Positions 18,189 to 27,360 of a stretch of DNA of 64,000 nucleotides are shown here, in pieces. Location of the stretch: NCBI GenBank assembly GCA_963807605.1, contig CAWECG010000004.1:256001-320000 (forward strand), given 5' to 3'. Position numbers and translations under genes: made by a program. The notes under the pieces are model-generated. The model saw only the letters and a list, made by a program, of their open reading frames with translations, was not told the DNA's origin and made no database searches. This DNA is from Candidatus Bathyarchaeota archaeon. GTDB taxonomy: Archaea > Thermoproteota > Bathyarchaeia > 40CM-2-53-6 > RBG-13-38-9. How positions within the stretch are numbered: position 1 is the stretch's first letter; the number at the start of each line of letters is the position of its first letter.

Positions 18189-18482
18189 GCTGATTTCGGA
18201 ATCCCTGCTGGTTTTGTGTGTACCTTAGCTGGCGAGAGCATCTAGAAATCAAATTCACTTTGCGCCGAGCGTAAATTGGTCATAACTATTCGTATCAATT
18301 ATTGCGTATTTAAGCCCCCCACAAGTAACCCTGCCGAGAAGGGTTCCTAAATTAGCTGTCAAGCTACTGGAAATCCCTATGGGGAATCTCCCGAACTTGA
18401 CAGAACCCTCCGATGAGCCGACGGTTAACAGCCCAAAAAACCCAGTCGATTTCCAAGCATGAGCCGATATCTTAACAGAACC

Positions 18483-18490
18483 CTATTTCT
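18483..18490. repeat. CTATTTCT spacer, copy 3 (unit 2 / unit 3 junction)
   Basis: Junction reads TTAACAGAACC-CTATTTCT-GGTTCTGTCAA. Confidence 0.9.
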
Positions 18491-18689
18491 GGTTCTGTCA
18501 AATTGACGGGAACATAAGCAGCCGTCAGTTAGGGTGTCACCTGGCGGGACATGAAAAGGTTCTGAGGTTCTGGTAACATCACGTCTTCGACTACCTAATA
18601 GTGTTGTAACAAATCGGGTTGATTCTGATTCAGAACGCAAGTCAAAAGTAGTAAGTGGCTTAAACATATGCCCCGAGAGGTGAGAGAAT

Positions 18690-19007
18690 ATGAGCAGTAA
18701 AGAAGGCTCGATTCATCTAGAATGGAAATACGCTGACGATTTCAAGCGTGTTTACGCCACTAATGCATTTGGGATCGTTGGAGAGTACGACTATAGGCTA
18801 CTGTTTGGTGGGGGCAATGTGCTTTTGCAGCAAGACCCCAATTCCATACCCAAGGCGCAAGGAGAGTACAATGTTGAGTTGGTTTTTTCATTTAGGACTC
18901 TGAAAGAGTTGCGAAACATGGTCGATGAAGCAGTTAAGAATGTGGAAATGCGCTTTGGCGAGATCAAGTTACCGAAGAAGCCAGAGGACTACTTCAAGCA
19001 ACCTTAA
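18690..19007 (+). CDS. DUF3467-like hypothetical protein
   Basis: FKRVYATNAFG...DYRLLFG...LKELRNMV pattern. Confidence 0.55.
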   Translation: MSSKEGSIHLEWKYADDFKRVYATNAFGIVGEYDYRLLFGGGNVLLQQDPNSIPKAQGEYNVELVFSFRTLKELRNMVDEAVKNVEMRFGEIKLPKKPEDYFKQP

Positions 19008-19033
19008 CAAATTATCTATCACTAGGCAAAAGA

Positions 19034-19348
19034 CTACTCGGAAGAACCTGATGATTTCTGACCCGTCATCTTCTTTAGCAATTCCAAAGGCACTTTTGTT
19101 TTGACGATGGGTTGAATCTTGTAGGTATAGATTCGTTCTCCTTTTGAATCATAACATTATGTTCTAGCAGCATTCAGTAATTCCAACTTAACACTGATGG
19201 TTACTTGATCTGTTGTACGATAAACATTCCACTGATCTTGTGTCTTGACCTTGATACTATCATCCAGTTCTTCCTCTGTGAACTGAACAAGTTCATCCGG
19301 AGTATAATGCTTAGTAGATGGTTCACCCCAAAACTTCTCTGGCACCAC
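19034..19348 (-). pseudogene. 5'-truncated hypothetical gene with an in-frame TAA
   Basis: ORF 19157-19348 continues in frame past TAA (19157-19159) as CYDSKGERIYTYKIQPIVKTKVP... to TAG at 19034-19036. Confidence 0.55.
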
Positions 19349-19398
19349 AACTACGCTCTAGCGTGCGCTTGTATCTTGCCTGAGCAGGACTTCAGGGT

Positions 19399-21465
19399 TC
19401 AGGGTGGAATGTAGTTGAGGCATCTTAGGGCATAGTTGAGTGAAACGAAGAGAAAAGTGACCATGAATAGGATCTGACAAAGTCTACCCAGACGCCCACC
19501 CAGCCCGCCAAGTCTTGTCGATACAGTTGCAGCCCCAAAAACAGCGAGGATTTGGTATGGAACCATATAGAGCAGTCTCCACTGCCAAAACGAAGTCTCC
19601 ACCAGTAGTGGTATTGAAGTCACCAAAAGTAATGAGAATAGCAGTCTGCTCAGGTTACTATTGAAGCCTCTCGCCGAAGCTAAGCCTACAATAGAGAGCA
19701 AGATTAGGATCGGATTTGCGAAGAAGCCGCCTACGTAGTATTCGAAGGTGAACGAAAAAATGGTGAGAAAACTCGATAGATTGTTCAGACTTATAGATGC
19801 AAGTCCTTCGCTCGCGAGCCGGATAAACTCCCCCGTTGAGAACAACGAAATGACCAGTAAGAGCAGCGCGAGATTAGCGGCCACGACTATGATGCTCGAT
19901 TTCAGAAACTGACTTTTGGGCAGAGAACGTTTGGTTATCAAGGTCCGAGGAAGACTTAAGACTACAAATACTCCGAGAGCCGTGAGCACAACCGCCCAAG
20001 TCCAAGCATGTATTACAAGAGTGACTACACTGCCAAAGATCACCATCAGCACGTGCGAATTTGAAGGTTGCTGCCACATCAATACCAGAAGGCTGAAGAA
20101 AAGTGCAGTCCACCCGAGCGCAAGCCAATTCGCGAAGGTACCTGCAAAAATTCCGACGGTTGTCGCTATCGAGAACAAACCAATAAACGCCGAGAAGGAG
20201 GCTAAGACATCGTCTCGCGTGATAGTCCTGAATAGTAGTAAAGTTGCTACTCCCACTAACGTTGCTGGAACTGCTGGACCGATTTTGACCACGAGCTCAG
20301 CTGGAAATGAGGTTAGAACTTTGATCGCATACAGTATTAGCAAGTAGGGTACTCTACTTGCACCGCCGTAACTAGAGATTATGTGGTGGAAACCCTCTGA
20401 GGTTGACATTGCAATAAGATTCTGATAGTACCAAGGTGTATCTACGCCGATGAGTCTTTTTGTGTAGAAATAAGGATAGTATACAAGGAACAGGGAGCTG
20501 CATACTATCGCGGGGATGGTTAGATACACAAGATATTTGTGATTCCTGGACGACCGAGTGAGGGCGTCGTTGTTTATGGAGTAGAGAGGTTTATCAGTTG
20601 TTGACATACGACGAGGTATCACGTTTTCTTGATGATGAACCCCAGCCGAGAACCCGAGTTGTTTGACAAGAGATCGTAAGCAGGGAATCCACAACCATGA
20701 GAACATTAGAGCTGCCAGAGCGGGCAGAGCAACAGGATAGAGAACACCGAGAAGTTTCACCTCAAGCGAAGCGAAGAGCCATCTTGGTTCACCATCAAAG
20801 GGAACGTGTGGATTCAGGGTGTTGTATAACCAGCCAGCGGCAGAGCCTATCTCTATTACGAGGGCTGTCGTTAGAAGTGAAGCTACGAATCCCAGCGCGA
20901 GGCCTTTAGGGTTTTCAACTACTTCGGCCCCACGAAGCAATAAGGGAAAGAATGCGGTTACCACTGCCGAAACGATTCCAAAGAATGCTGCAGCCAGGTT
21001 TATGCCCAAGAGATAAAAAGCAATAGAAGAGAATATGAGCAGAATTGGCAGAATTGTGACTCGTCTCCTAAGAAGCACCTTATTTTGGAGTGCTATCCAA
21101 GCCGCCGCCACGGTAAGACTGAAAGCGACCCACAGTAGCCCATCTGTCTGAGGACCGAAGAACTGTACCTGGACTATGTTCGGAGTATAGGCTAAGTAGG
21201 ATTTTATCCCAATTGAACTTGTAAGTATCGGGAGACTGAAGAGGAGAATGAATGAAGTTAGGACCGAGATTAAGACATGCAGGACTTTGCGTCCGAAACG
21301 AAATGCAAGAATGAGTATCGCTACAAGGACAAGTCCATATAGCGGCAGAGCAATGCTTGCTGGCCCAAATTGGCTTGGAGTTCGTGTCAATAGCGATATA
21401 GTACGCGCGCGCGTCAGCACAGCAATGAGCTGAACTGTCTGCATGTATCTGCCAAGCATAACCAA
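19399..21465 (-). CDS. multi-pass membrane protein, probable GT-C glycosyltransferase
   Basis: More than 15 TM segments; loop motif LIGVDTPWYY; HAWTW motif. Confidence 0.6.
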   Translation of the reverse strand: MVMLGRYMQTVQLIAVLTRARTISLLTRTPSQFGPASIALPLYGLVLVAILILAFRFGRKVLHVLISVLTSFILLFSLPILTSSIGIKSYLAYTPNIVQVQFFGPQTDGLLWVAFSLTVAAAWIALQNKVLLRRRVTILPILLIFSSIAFYLLGINLAAAFFGIVSAVVTAFFPLLLRGAEVVENPKGLALGFVASLLTTALVIEIGSAAGWLYNTLNPHVPFDGEPRWLFASLEVKLLGVLYPVALPALAALMFSWLWIPCLRSLVKQLGFSAGVHHQENVIPRRMSTTDKPLYSINNDALTRSSRNHKYLVYLTIPAIVCSSLFLVYYPYFYTKRLIGVDTPWYYQNLIAMSTSEGFHHIISSYGGASRVPYLLILYAIKVLTSFPAELVVKIGPAVPATLVGVATLLLFRTITRDDVLASFSAFIGLFSIATTVGIFAGTFANWLALGWTALFFSLLVLMWQQPSNSHVLMVIFGSVVTLVIHAWTWAVVLTALGVFVVLSLPRTLITKRSLPKSQFLKSSIIVVAANLALLLLVISLFSTGEFIRLASEGLASISLNNLSSFLTIFSFTFEYYVGGFFANPILILLSIVGLASARGFNSNLSRLLFSLLLVTSIPLLVETSFWQWRLLYMVPYQILAVFGAATVSTRLGGLGGRLGRLCQILFMVTFLFVSLNYALRCLNYIPP

Positions 21466-21806
21466 GTATCCAGCCGGTTTTGGGAATGAAGTATCTTAAT
21501 CTTCGTTTAATAAACCAATACTTCACTCATCGCAGCGATTGGGTTTGGACTGAGCCCCCCAATCAAGGGATAGCCGGCTTCGAAGAAGTTGACAGGTTTT
21601 ACCTCTTTTGTGACTGTACGTGGCGAGAGGAAGAGTTCAAGAATTCAAAAGTCCGTGAACCATCGGATTTGGTGACAATGACACAAGCATTCTTGTACTG
21701 CATGGGACGAGCTGAAAAATACAGCTTTGTTATTCGTCTTTCTTTAAAATCAGTCTTGTAACGCCCGAAAACACGGGGCTACATACTATTCTGTCTTCCA
21801 AGCGCA

Positions 21807-24170
21807 TTAGTCATGCTGTTGCCAGTATTTTGCAAGGGTGTTTGAGATTCTCAGTGAAGGGAGTAGTCCAATCAAGATTCCAGTTGAGGATGCTAGACTA
21901 GCGGTAAAGACTGTGAGAAGATAGTGGGAAGGACTAATCGGATCTGTTACGTTCAATTCCTCGAGAACTAGATAGGAGAAGCTGAGTACCCAAACGACAA
22001 TTAATAGTAATGTCACTCGTTTGCTGATCGATCGCTTGGTCACGATCACCGCCAACAACAAGATGATCGAGGCCCAAGGGAAAACATAGAAAAGCCCGAT
22101 AAGAGCTGACCCTGTGATGATTGCGACGACTGGCCCTAAGGGCTTGAAATGGGCCAGAGAGAAGTAAGCAGCGTCTGAGACCCACATGCCAAATGTGAAG
22201 AAGGCTTTTGATGCGTCCGCAACTGGCTTGGGACCATTTAACTCGTCATACAGACTGGAAGAAGTGTCGCCGAATGTCGCCGCCAACTTCCCGAATCTCA
22301 ACATGCTCTGGCTGATAGCTACAACTTGTGGGTCGCTTGTGGCTGCACTGAGAGAGGCATCTCCAGGCATTACTGCTCGTATCTGAACAAGGCCAGTTCT
22401 GTCAGGTTCCCACTCATATCGATACTGCCCTTGCTCGTCTGTTTCAACCCCTGCTAGAATTCTCCATGGCTCTCCACTGACCCTGCACTCAATATTGACC
22501 TTGGCCTGAGCGGGAGGGGTGATTCTTCCCGTTATCATCAGTCGTCCCGTAGATAGAAGACTCGATATTGAGACGCTGCAGAACAATTGGGTGGGCTGTT
22601 TGTGATTGGTGAAGACTGCAACAAGTCTCTCCGGTCCAGTCAGTAGTATTGGCGAGGTGACTTCTGCTTCATATTGATTCCTCCAGTCCTTCAAGAAGAA
22701 GGTTGATTCCGTCTGAGTTCCCGGGAATGTGATGTTGAAGTATAATGTCGAGTTCTCTGGAGCCCATTCTTGCATGTTTTGGGCAGATTGAGAAGATGTC
22801 TCTTGGCCGTTCAATGTATATGTGATTAGTGTCCCCTCTGGTAATCCTTCCGTTGCCAGCACCACTCTGAAGAAAGTTTGCCAGTTTGCGTGAAGAGTTT
22901 TGGGGCTGTCCATCGTCACAGATGTGGAGTTATTTCCCGTATCAACGTCGCCAGACCAACCTTCAAAATAACCTTTCGTATCCTCATTTTCTATGAATCC
23001 TGGCGTAGTAATCGGAACAGTCTGGCCTTCAGGATACCATCCGCTCCCCATGACACCTGAATATGCGGACTGTATTGTCAACAGAAATTCCTTGGAGAAC
23101 TCTGCCGAGACCGTTTCGTTAGATTTTACGTTTAATGTTAGAGGGTTTCCGGTACTACCATCGGACCAATGGTTGAATTTTAGTCGTACGCCGCCATTTC
23201 CGATAGTAATATTCTCCACACCTACGGCATGTAGTCCTTGATTCAAGGCTATGCTGAAAGGGCTGTTATCTCTGCGTTCAAATCTGAAACCGTCGACCCA
23301 GAAGAGTCTAGCATCCTGAGGAGTGTTGACAAAGAGCTGGTAGGTGGGAACTTTGCCACTCCATGTGCCCGTCAACGATCTTTGTTCAAGAACGTAGTAG
23401 TCATTTAACCGGAGAGTGTGGCCAAGAAGAATGTTATTTTTGTCTTTGGCGTTCATATAGATTATGCTGAAGTAGTAATCGCCTGAATTGCCCACCAAGA
23501 GAGCCCAGAGTTCATTCCATCCCGACTTGGGATTTATTGTGTTGCGAAGAGCATAGAGGTTTAGAACTGAAGAATTCTCTTTGAGATACCCATAGTTTCC
23601 CACTATGAATATGTCTGGCCCAGTCGCGTAGATCTTGTTCTCTGTCTGGCTAAGAGGCGCCAGTGATAGTTTTCGAAACGATGTCGGTCTCGGTCCTGAT
23701 TGTGTTTGGAAGACCGTAGCTTTGCCGCTATAAGAAAACATCTGGTACGTTGCCGGGGCGTACTCAAAGATTCCTAGCTCAAAGCTTGTCGATCCGTTTA
23801 CGAAGTAGAGAAAGGCTATGCAAAAGTTGTTCTCGGTCACGTTGGCCAAGAAGAAAGCATCCATATTCTGCTCGGTCCAGAAGAGATGCTTCCAAGGTTT
23901 GAAGTAAACTTTGGTTCCGGAAAGTTCAATGGTTCCACCATCTTGAGTTAACGAGACGCCTTCGCCCCTGTAATTCTGCCCCGTTGCATTGAAACCTGAA
24001 ATCTGATTGTCATAAGTGCTACCTAGTCTGTGAAGTAAGTTCTCAGTCGTGCCATTCTGGGTATCACAGACTGCAAACTCCGATAGCGACAGAGTTCGAA
24101 AAGATGGCGGAACAAGGCAGAGACAGAATAGAACAATTATGCAAAGTCGTACACTTCTGAGTCGGAACAT
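21807..24170 (-). CDS. secreted/membrane-anchored protein with InlB B-repeat-like and Ig-like domains
   Basis: Signal peptide; FNHWSDG, GSGWYPEG and FEGWSGD..MDSPKTLHANW repeats; TDEQGQYRYEW; C-terminal TM segments. Confidence 0.65.
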   Translation of the reverse strand: MFRLRSVRLCIIVLFCLCLVPPSFRTLSLSEFAVCDTQNGTTENLLHRLGSTYDNQISGFNATGQNYRGEGVSLTQDGGTIELSGTKVYFKPWKHLFWTEQNMDAFFLANVTENNFCIAFLYFVNGSTSFELGIFEYAPATYQMFSYSGKATVFQTQSGPRPTSFRKLSLAPLSQTENKIYATGPDIFIVGNYGYLKENSSVLNLYALRNTINPKSGWNELWALLVGNSGDYYFSIIYMNAKDKNNILLGHTLRLNDYYVLEQRSLTGTWSGKVPTYQLFVNTPQDARLFWVDGFRFERRDNSPFSIALNQGLHAVGVENITIGNGGVRLKFNHWSDGSTGNPLTLNVKSNETVSAEFSKEFLLTIQSAYSGVMGSGWYPEGQTVPITTPGFIENEDTKGYFEGWSGDVDTGNNSTSVTMDSPKTLHANWQTFFRVVLATEGLPEGTLITYTLNGQETSSQSAQNMQEWAPENSTLYFNITFPGTQTESTFFLKDWRNQYEAEVTSPILLTGPERLVAVFTNHKQPTQLFCSVSISSLLSTGRLMITGRITPPAQAKVNIECRVSGEPWRILAGVETDEQGQYRYEWEPDRTGLVQIRAVMPGDASLSAATSDPQVVAISQSMLRFGKLAATFGDTSSSLYDELNGPKPVADASKAFFTFGMWVSDAAYFSLAHFKPLGPVVAIITGSALIGLFYVFPWASIILLLAVIVTKRSISKRVTLLLIVVWVLSFSYLVLEELNVTDPISPSHYLLTVFTASLASSTGILIGLLPSLRISNTLAKYWQQHD

Positions 24171-24680
24171 TCTTCAATTTACCTCGGATTTCTCTTAGAC
24201 TTAGATGCTCTCCTTGTGACTCAGAAGACTCTGATGGCGGATCATTGCTCAGGTCGTGCGGGTTTGCGCGGCTATTATTGCTCTTATCTCAGACGGGCGA
24301 CCACCAGAGATTGACATTGCCATCGCGAGACTCTTTCGTACACCTTTGTGATTAGGCGGGGAAGCTCTTTTGGTTTCTAAGTCTTTTTCGTAGAGGGTAA
24401 TGGAGTTGACAATACAGTTTCGTAGACTTCTGGCATGGTATTCGCCGCATGAAGTAATCTTCTCTTGACCTGTCCAATCTTTAGCAACTTTGCCCAACCC
24501 TTCGTGCAAGGGTGTGTCTTCTCTAGCACTCCATGTCGGAAGGTTACATACGTACAGCCAGTCAGAGCAGTCAGACCGTTTATGAAACGCCACGGCTGGA
24601 GCTGGCTAAGGCTTAACTGTGTGCGTTCTGGAAATCTTAAATTGAGTTCGCTGCAACTAGTTGCATGGTTTGAAAGAGCA

Positions 24681-25427
24681 ATGGAACGTATTCAGACAGG
24701 GGTAAGAGGGCTCGATGAGCTACTTGAGGGCGGGCTTCCCAAAGGTAAGTGTATCCTAGTGGTTGGTTGTCCTGGCGCAGGGAAGACCATTCTCCTTATG
24801 CAGTTCCTACGAAGTGGAGCCTTGGCGGATGAGCGCGGACTCTATGTGGCGATGGATGAGACGCCCGAGGAAGTCAAGGCAAATATGTCCTCTTTCGGCT
24901 GGAACCTCGATGAGCTTGAGGGGAAGGGCCGACTATTGTTCTTGGATGCCACCATGTTGCGGCACAGAGGTCTTCGAAGAAGTTCCGTTCTTGTACCGGG
25001 GATAGAAGAGATCTCGGCGGAGCCGAGGATGACCGTTAAACTCTTGGTTCAGACTATATTGCGAATTGTCAAGGAAGAGGGGATTCAACGAATCACCATC
25101 GACCCTATAACCTCAATAATGTTGCGATATGGTGAGCCTTACAAGAGAAGGCGCGCCATGTTGATGTTCTTTGATGCTATGATAGAGTCAGGTTGCACCT
25201 CACTCATTACGACAGAATTGAGGACGAGCGTACTGAGGAGATCATTCCAACTGGAAGAGTTCCTCTCCCAAGGGGTAATCCTCTTACACATGTTTGTACA
25301 CGCCGGCAATGTTGTAAGAGCGATCCAAGTGGAGAAGATGCGTGGGATTCCTCACGATGCTCAAATTAGACCATACCAGATTACATCAAACGGGATCGAA
25401 GTCTATCCAAAAGATCGTGTCTTCTAA
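24681..25427 (+). CDS. KaiC/RAD55 family ATPase, single domain
   Basis: MERIQTGVRGLDELLEGGLP, GCPGAGKT Walker A, IQVEKMRG. Start moved to the ATG at 24681. Confidence 0.9.
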   Translation: MERIQTGVRGLDELLEGGLPKGKCILVVGCPGAGKTILLMQFLRSGALADERGLYVAMDETPEEVKANMSSFGWNLDELEGKGRLLFLDATMLRHRGLRRSSVLVPGIEEISAEPRMTVKLLVQTILRIVKEEGIQRITIDPITSIMLRYGEPYKRRRAMLMFFDAMIESGCTSLITTELRTSVLRRSFQLEEFLSQGVILLHMFVHAGNVVRAIQVEKMRGIPHDAQIRPYQITSNGIEVYPKDRVF

Positions 25428-25443
25428 GAGAACTCTTGAGGAT

Positions 25444-27357
25444 TCACACAACTCCCTTGGCCCTGCTTGATCTGAAGACTATTCCCTTATCACTGTCAAC
25501 TCTGAACTCTGTCCACGTCTCGACATGTTTCTTCTTCATTTTCTTTATACGCATTCTTCTGCGATACTCGCCTGACTCCTCGATTGAAGAGGTCTCGATG
25601 ACGCAGTCCGACACCGCCTCTATAGTGTTCAGACCTTCTTTCTCTATCCCGGTTCCCAAGGTGTAGAAGAACCGGCCGTTAATCCCCTTCGTCTTTGCGC
25701 CAACTGAGAGGACGAAATTTGCGATGTAGTCATTCCTTAGCATCGTGAATAGCGGGGTTAGTGAGTCGATAAAGACGTCGGTGTTCTGGCCAAGTTTATC
25801 CAGGCACATGGAGACTTGGACTCCCAGCCCCGTCAGATCTCCGATGGCTGAAACCTTATGATCCTCTAGTGATGCTTGTCCTCCGGAAGCTGAATAACAA
25901 TCTATGAAGATGAGTTTTGAGGATTTCTCATATTCTTCGAGGTTTGGCTCAAAGGTCTTCAGGTCTCTTCTGAGGTTCGACGGATAATCCAAGTTTGTGA
26001 TGAAGATACAAGGGTTACCGCCTCTTAGACTCTTTATGAGGAGTTGGGTAGACAGAATTGTCTTGCCAGAACCTGGCAAACCTGATATCATCACTGAGGA
26101 TGATGGAGGTATCCCTCCTCCTGTCAGAAGGTCAAAGTAGCTGAAATCGTATTCATGAACCGCCCGTTTCCTGTGTCTTAGCAAGGTTGCTGCTGATGTG
26201 GTAGTGACAAACAAGAGAAAGATCGCCACTCCGGAGTTTATTATCCAGGGCTTGAGAACCTGTAGCACAACTTCTCGGCTTACACTCGACGAGAGCTGCA
26301 GTGTAATGTTCTGCGACGTGGATAAGGGGATGATCAGAAATGTGAGATCATACCTAACTTCAACATTGTATTTCGATTCGGGTAGTTGAGCGAAGCGGAT
26401 ACTACCGTCACTCGACGTATTGCCTTCGCCAATTACGGAGCCATTCGTGAGAAGCGTCACAGTTGCTCCCTCAACGGGGGAGCCAACAAGATCCAGTGCG
26501 AACAGCTCTAGGCTGTATACGTTACACTTAAGCTGTATCTCCGAGTCTCCGGAAATGTTATGGAAACTCTCGTTAACAATTTTGTCCCTCCATCTAACGA
26601 TAATCTGAGGAGTCGTTTCTATACCCTTTGGTAATAATGCCCTCACCCACCCTGTATCATTTGATCGGCCTGTCCAAATGCGGGCATCTGCCGTCAGTAT
26701 TGTGACGTTGGCACCAGCTATTGGCGTGTTGCCCGAATCAAGCGTCTGTATACCGAGAGCGTTGAACTCTTCTTCGATAGGTAGTGCAACACATGTGTCC
26801 CACTGCTCTTCATCCCAAAAGATCACTAGTGATGATGCATCCTGACTGGGAATGATGGAGAATACAATTGTCGAGCCGTTACTGAATGTATGGCTCAGCG
26901 GGATTCCAATAATGTATTGACTGGTCTGATCACTAACCGGAAGGGATACCAAGGCGCTTGAGACATGTTTGCTTACTCCTTCAGCATCGACTTCATAGAG
27001 TGAAAGGTTGAGGTGCACCGTTCCCTTCGCAAGTGAGCGTAGGTAGAGTCTATAGTTCACAGAGCCTTGTGTTGCAAGTTTTTTGGTAAGAGACGGATAA
27101 AGGATAAAACTAATCTCTCTATCTAAAATTGCAGATTGAGGTTGGCCGTAGGGTGGGGCAGTACTTAAGATCTTGTTTCCTTTAACGCTGACTCTGTAAT
27201 CGGTGTGAGCGTACAAGATCGTCATCTCCGCTAAGTCTGTTCTCTGCTGAGCCACAACATTCGCGCAAAAGAGAGGGCCCAGAGCAATCAAAAAGAAGAG
27301 ACACATTGTTAGGATTTCTCGGGTCAACAATCTGTCGCCTGCAAAAAATTGGTGCAC
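25444..27357 (-). CDS. membrane-anchored KaiC/RAD55 ATPase with extracellular carboxypeptidase-regulatory-like domains
   Basis: Signal segment, PIAGANVTI / PVEGATVTL repeats, one TM segment, then GGGIP..GLPGSGKT, VFIDS and RIKKM. Confidence 0.8.
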   Translation of the reverse strand: MHQFFAGDRLLTREILTMCLFFLIALGPLFCANVVAQQRTDLAEMTILYAHTDYRVSVKGNKILSTAPPYGQPQSAILDREISFILYPSLTKKLATQGSVNYRLYLRSLAKGTVHLNLSLYEVDAEGVSKHVSSALVSLPVSDQTSQYIIGIPLSHTFSNGSTIVFSIIPSQDASSLVIFWDEEQWDTCVALPIEEEFNALGIQTLDSGNTPIAGANVTILTADARIWTGRSNDTGWVRALLPKGIETTPQIIVRWRDKIVNESFHNISGDSEIQLKCNVYSLELFALDLVGSPVEGATVTLLTNGSVIGEGNTSSDGSIRFAQLPESKYNVEVRYDLTFLIIPLSTSQNITLQLSSSVSREVVLQVLKPWIINSGVAIFLLFVTTTSAATLLRHRKRAVHEYDFSYFDLLTGGGIPPSSSVMISGLPGSGKTILSTQLLIKSLRGGNPCIFITNLDYPSNLRRDLKTFEPNLEEYEKSSKLIFIDCYSASGGQASLEDHKVSAIGDLTGLGVQVSMCLDKLGQNTDVFIDSLTPLFTMLRNDYIANFVLSVGAKTKGINGRFFYTLGTGIEKEGLNTIEAVSDCVIETSSIEESGEYRRRMRIKKMKKKHVETWTEFRVDSDKGIVFRSSRAKGVV

Positions 27358-27360
27358 TAC

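Larger units (their letters stand above)
14464..18482 (-). mobile_element. IS6-like cargo transposon, unit 2 (4019 bp)
   Basis: TIRs GGTTCTGTTAAGTTGAAGGCTCAT (14464-14487) and revcomp GGTTCTGTTAAGATATCGGCTCAT (18459-18482); second IR pair 14504-14529 / 18417-18442 matches 23/26; flanked by CTATTTCT. Confidence 0.9.
18491..19360. mobile_element. truncated third unit: left end and cargo only; right boundary approximate
   Basis: Left TIR GGTTCTGTCAAATT with inner sites at ~18527-18550 and ~18566; no transposase, right TIR or fourth spacer found nearby. Confidence 0.65.

Noticed and set aside
21585-21795. GAAGTTGACAGG and CTATTCT as the right end of unit 3
   Set aside because: No full terminal repeat and no exact 8-bp spacer next to it.
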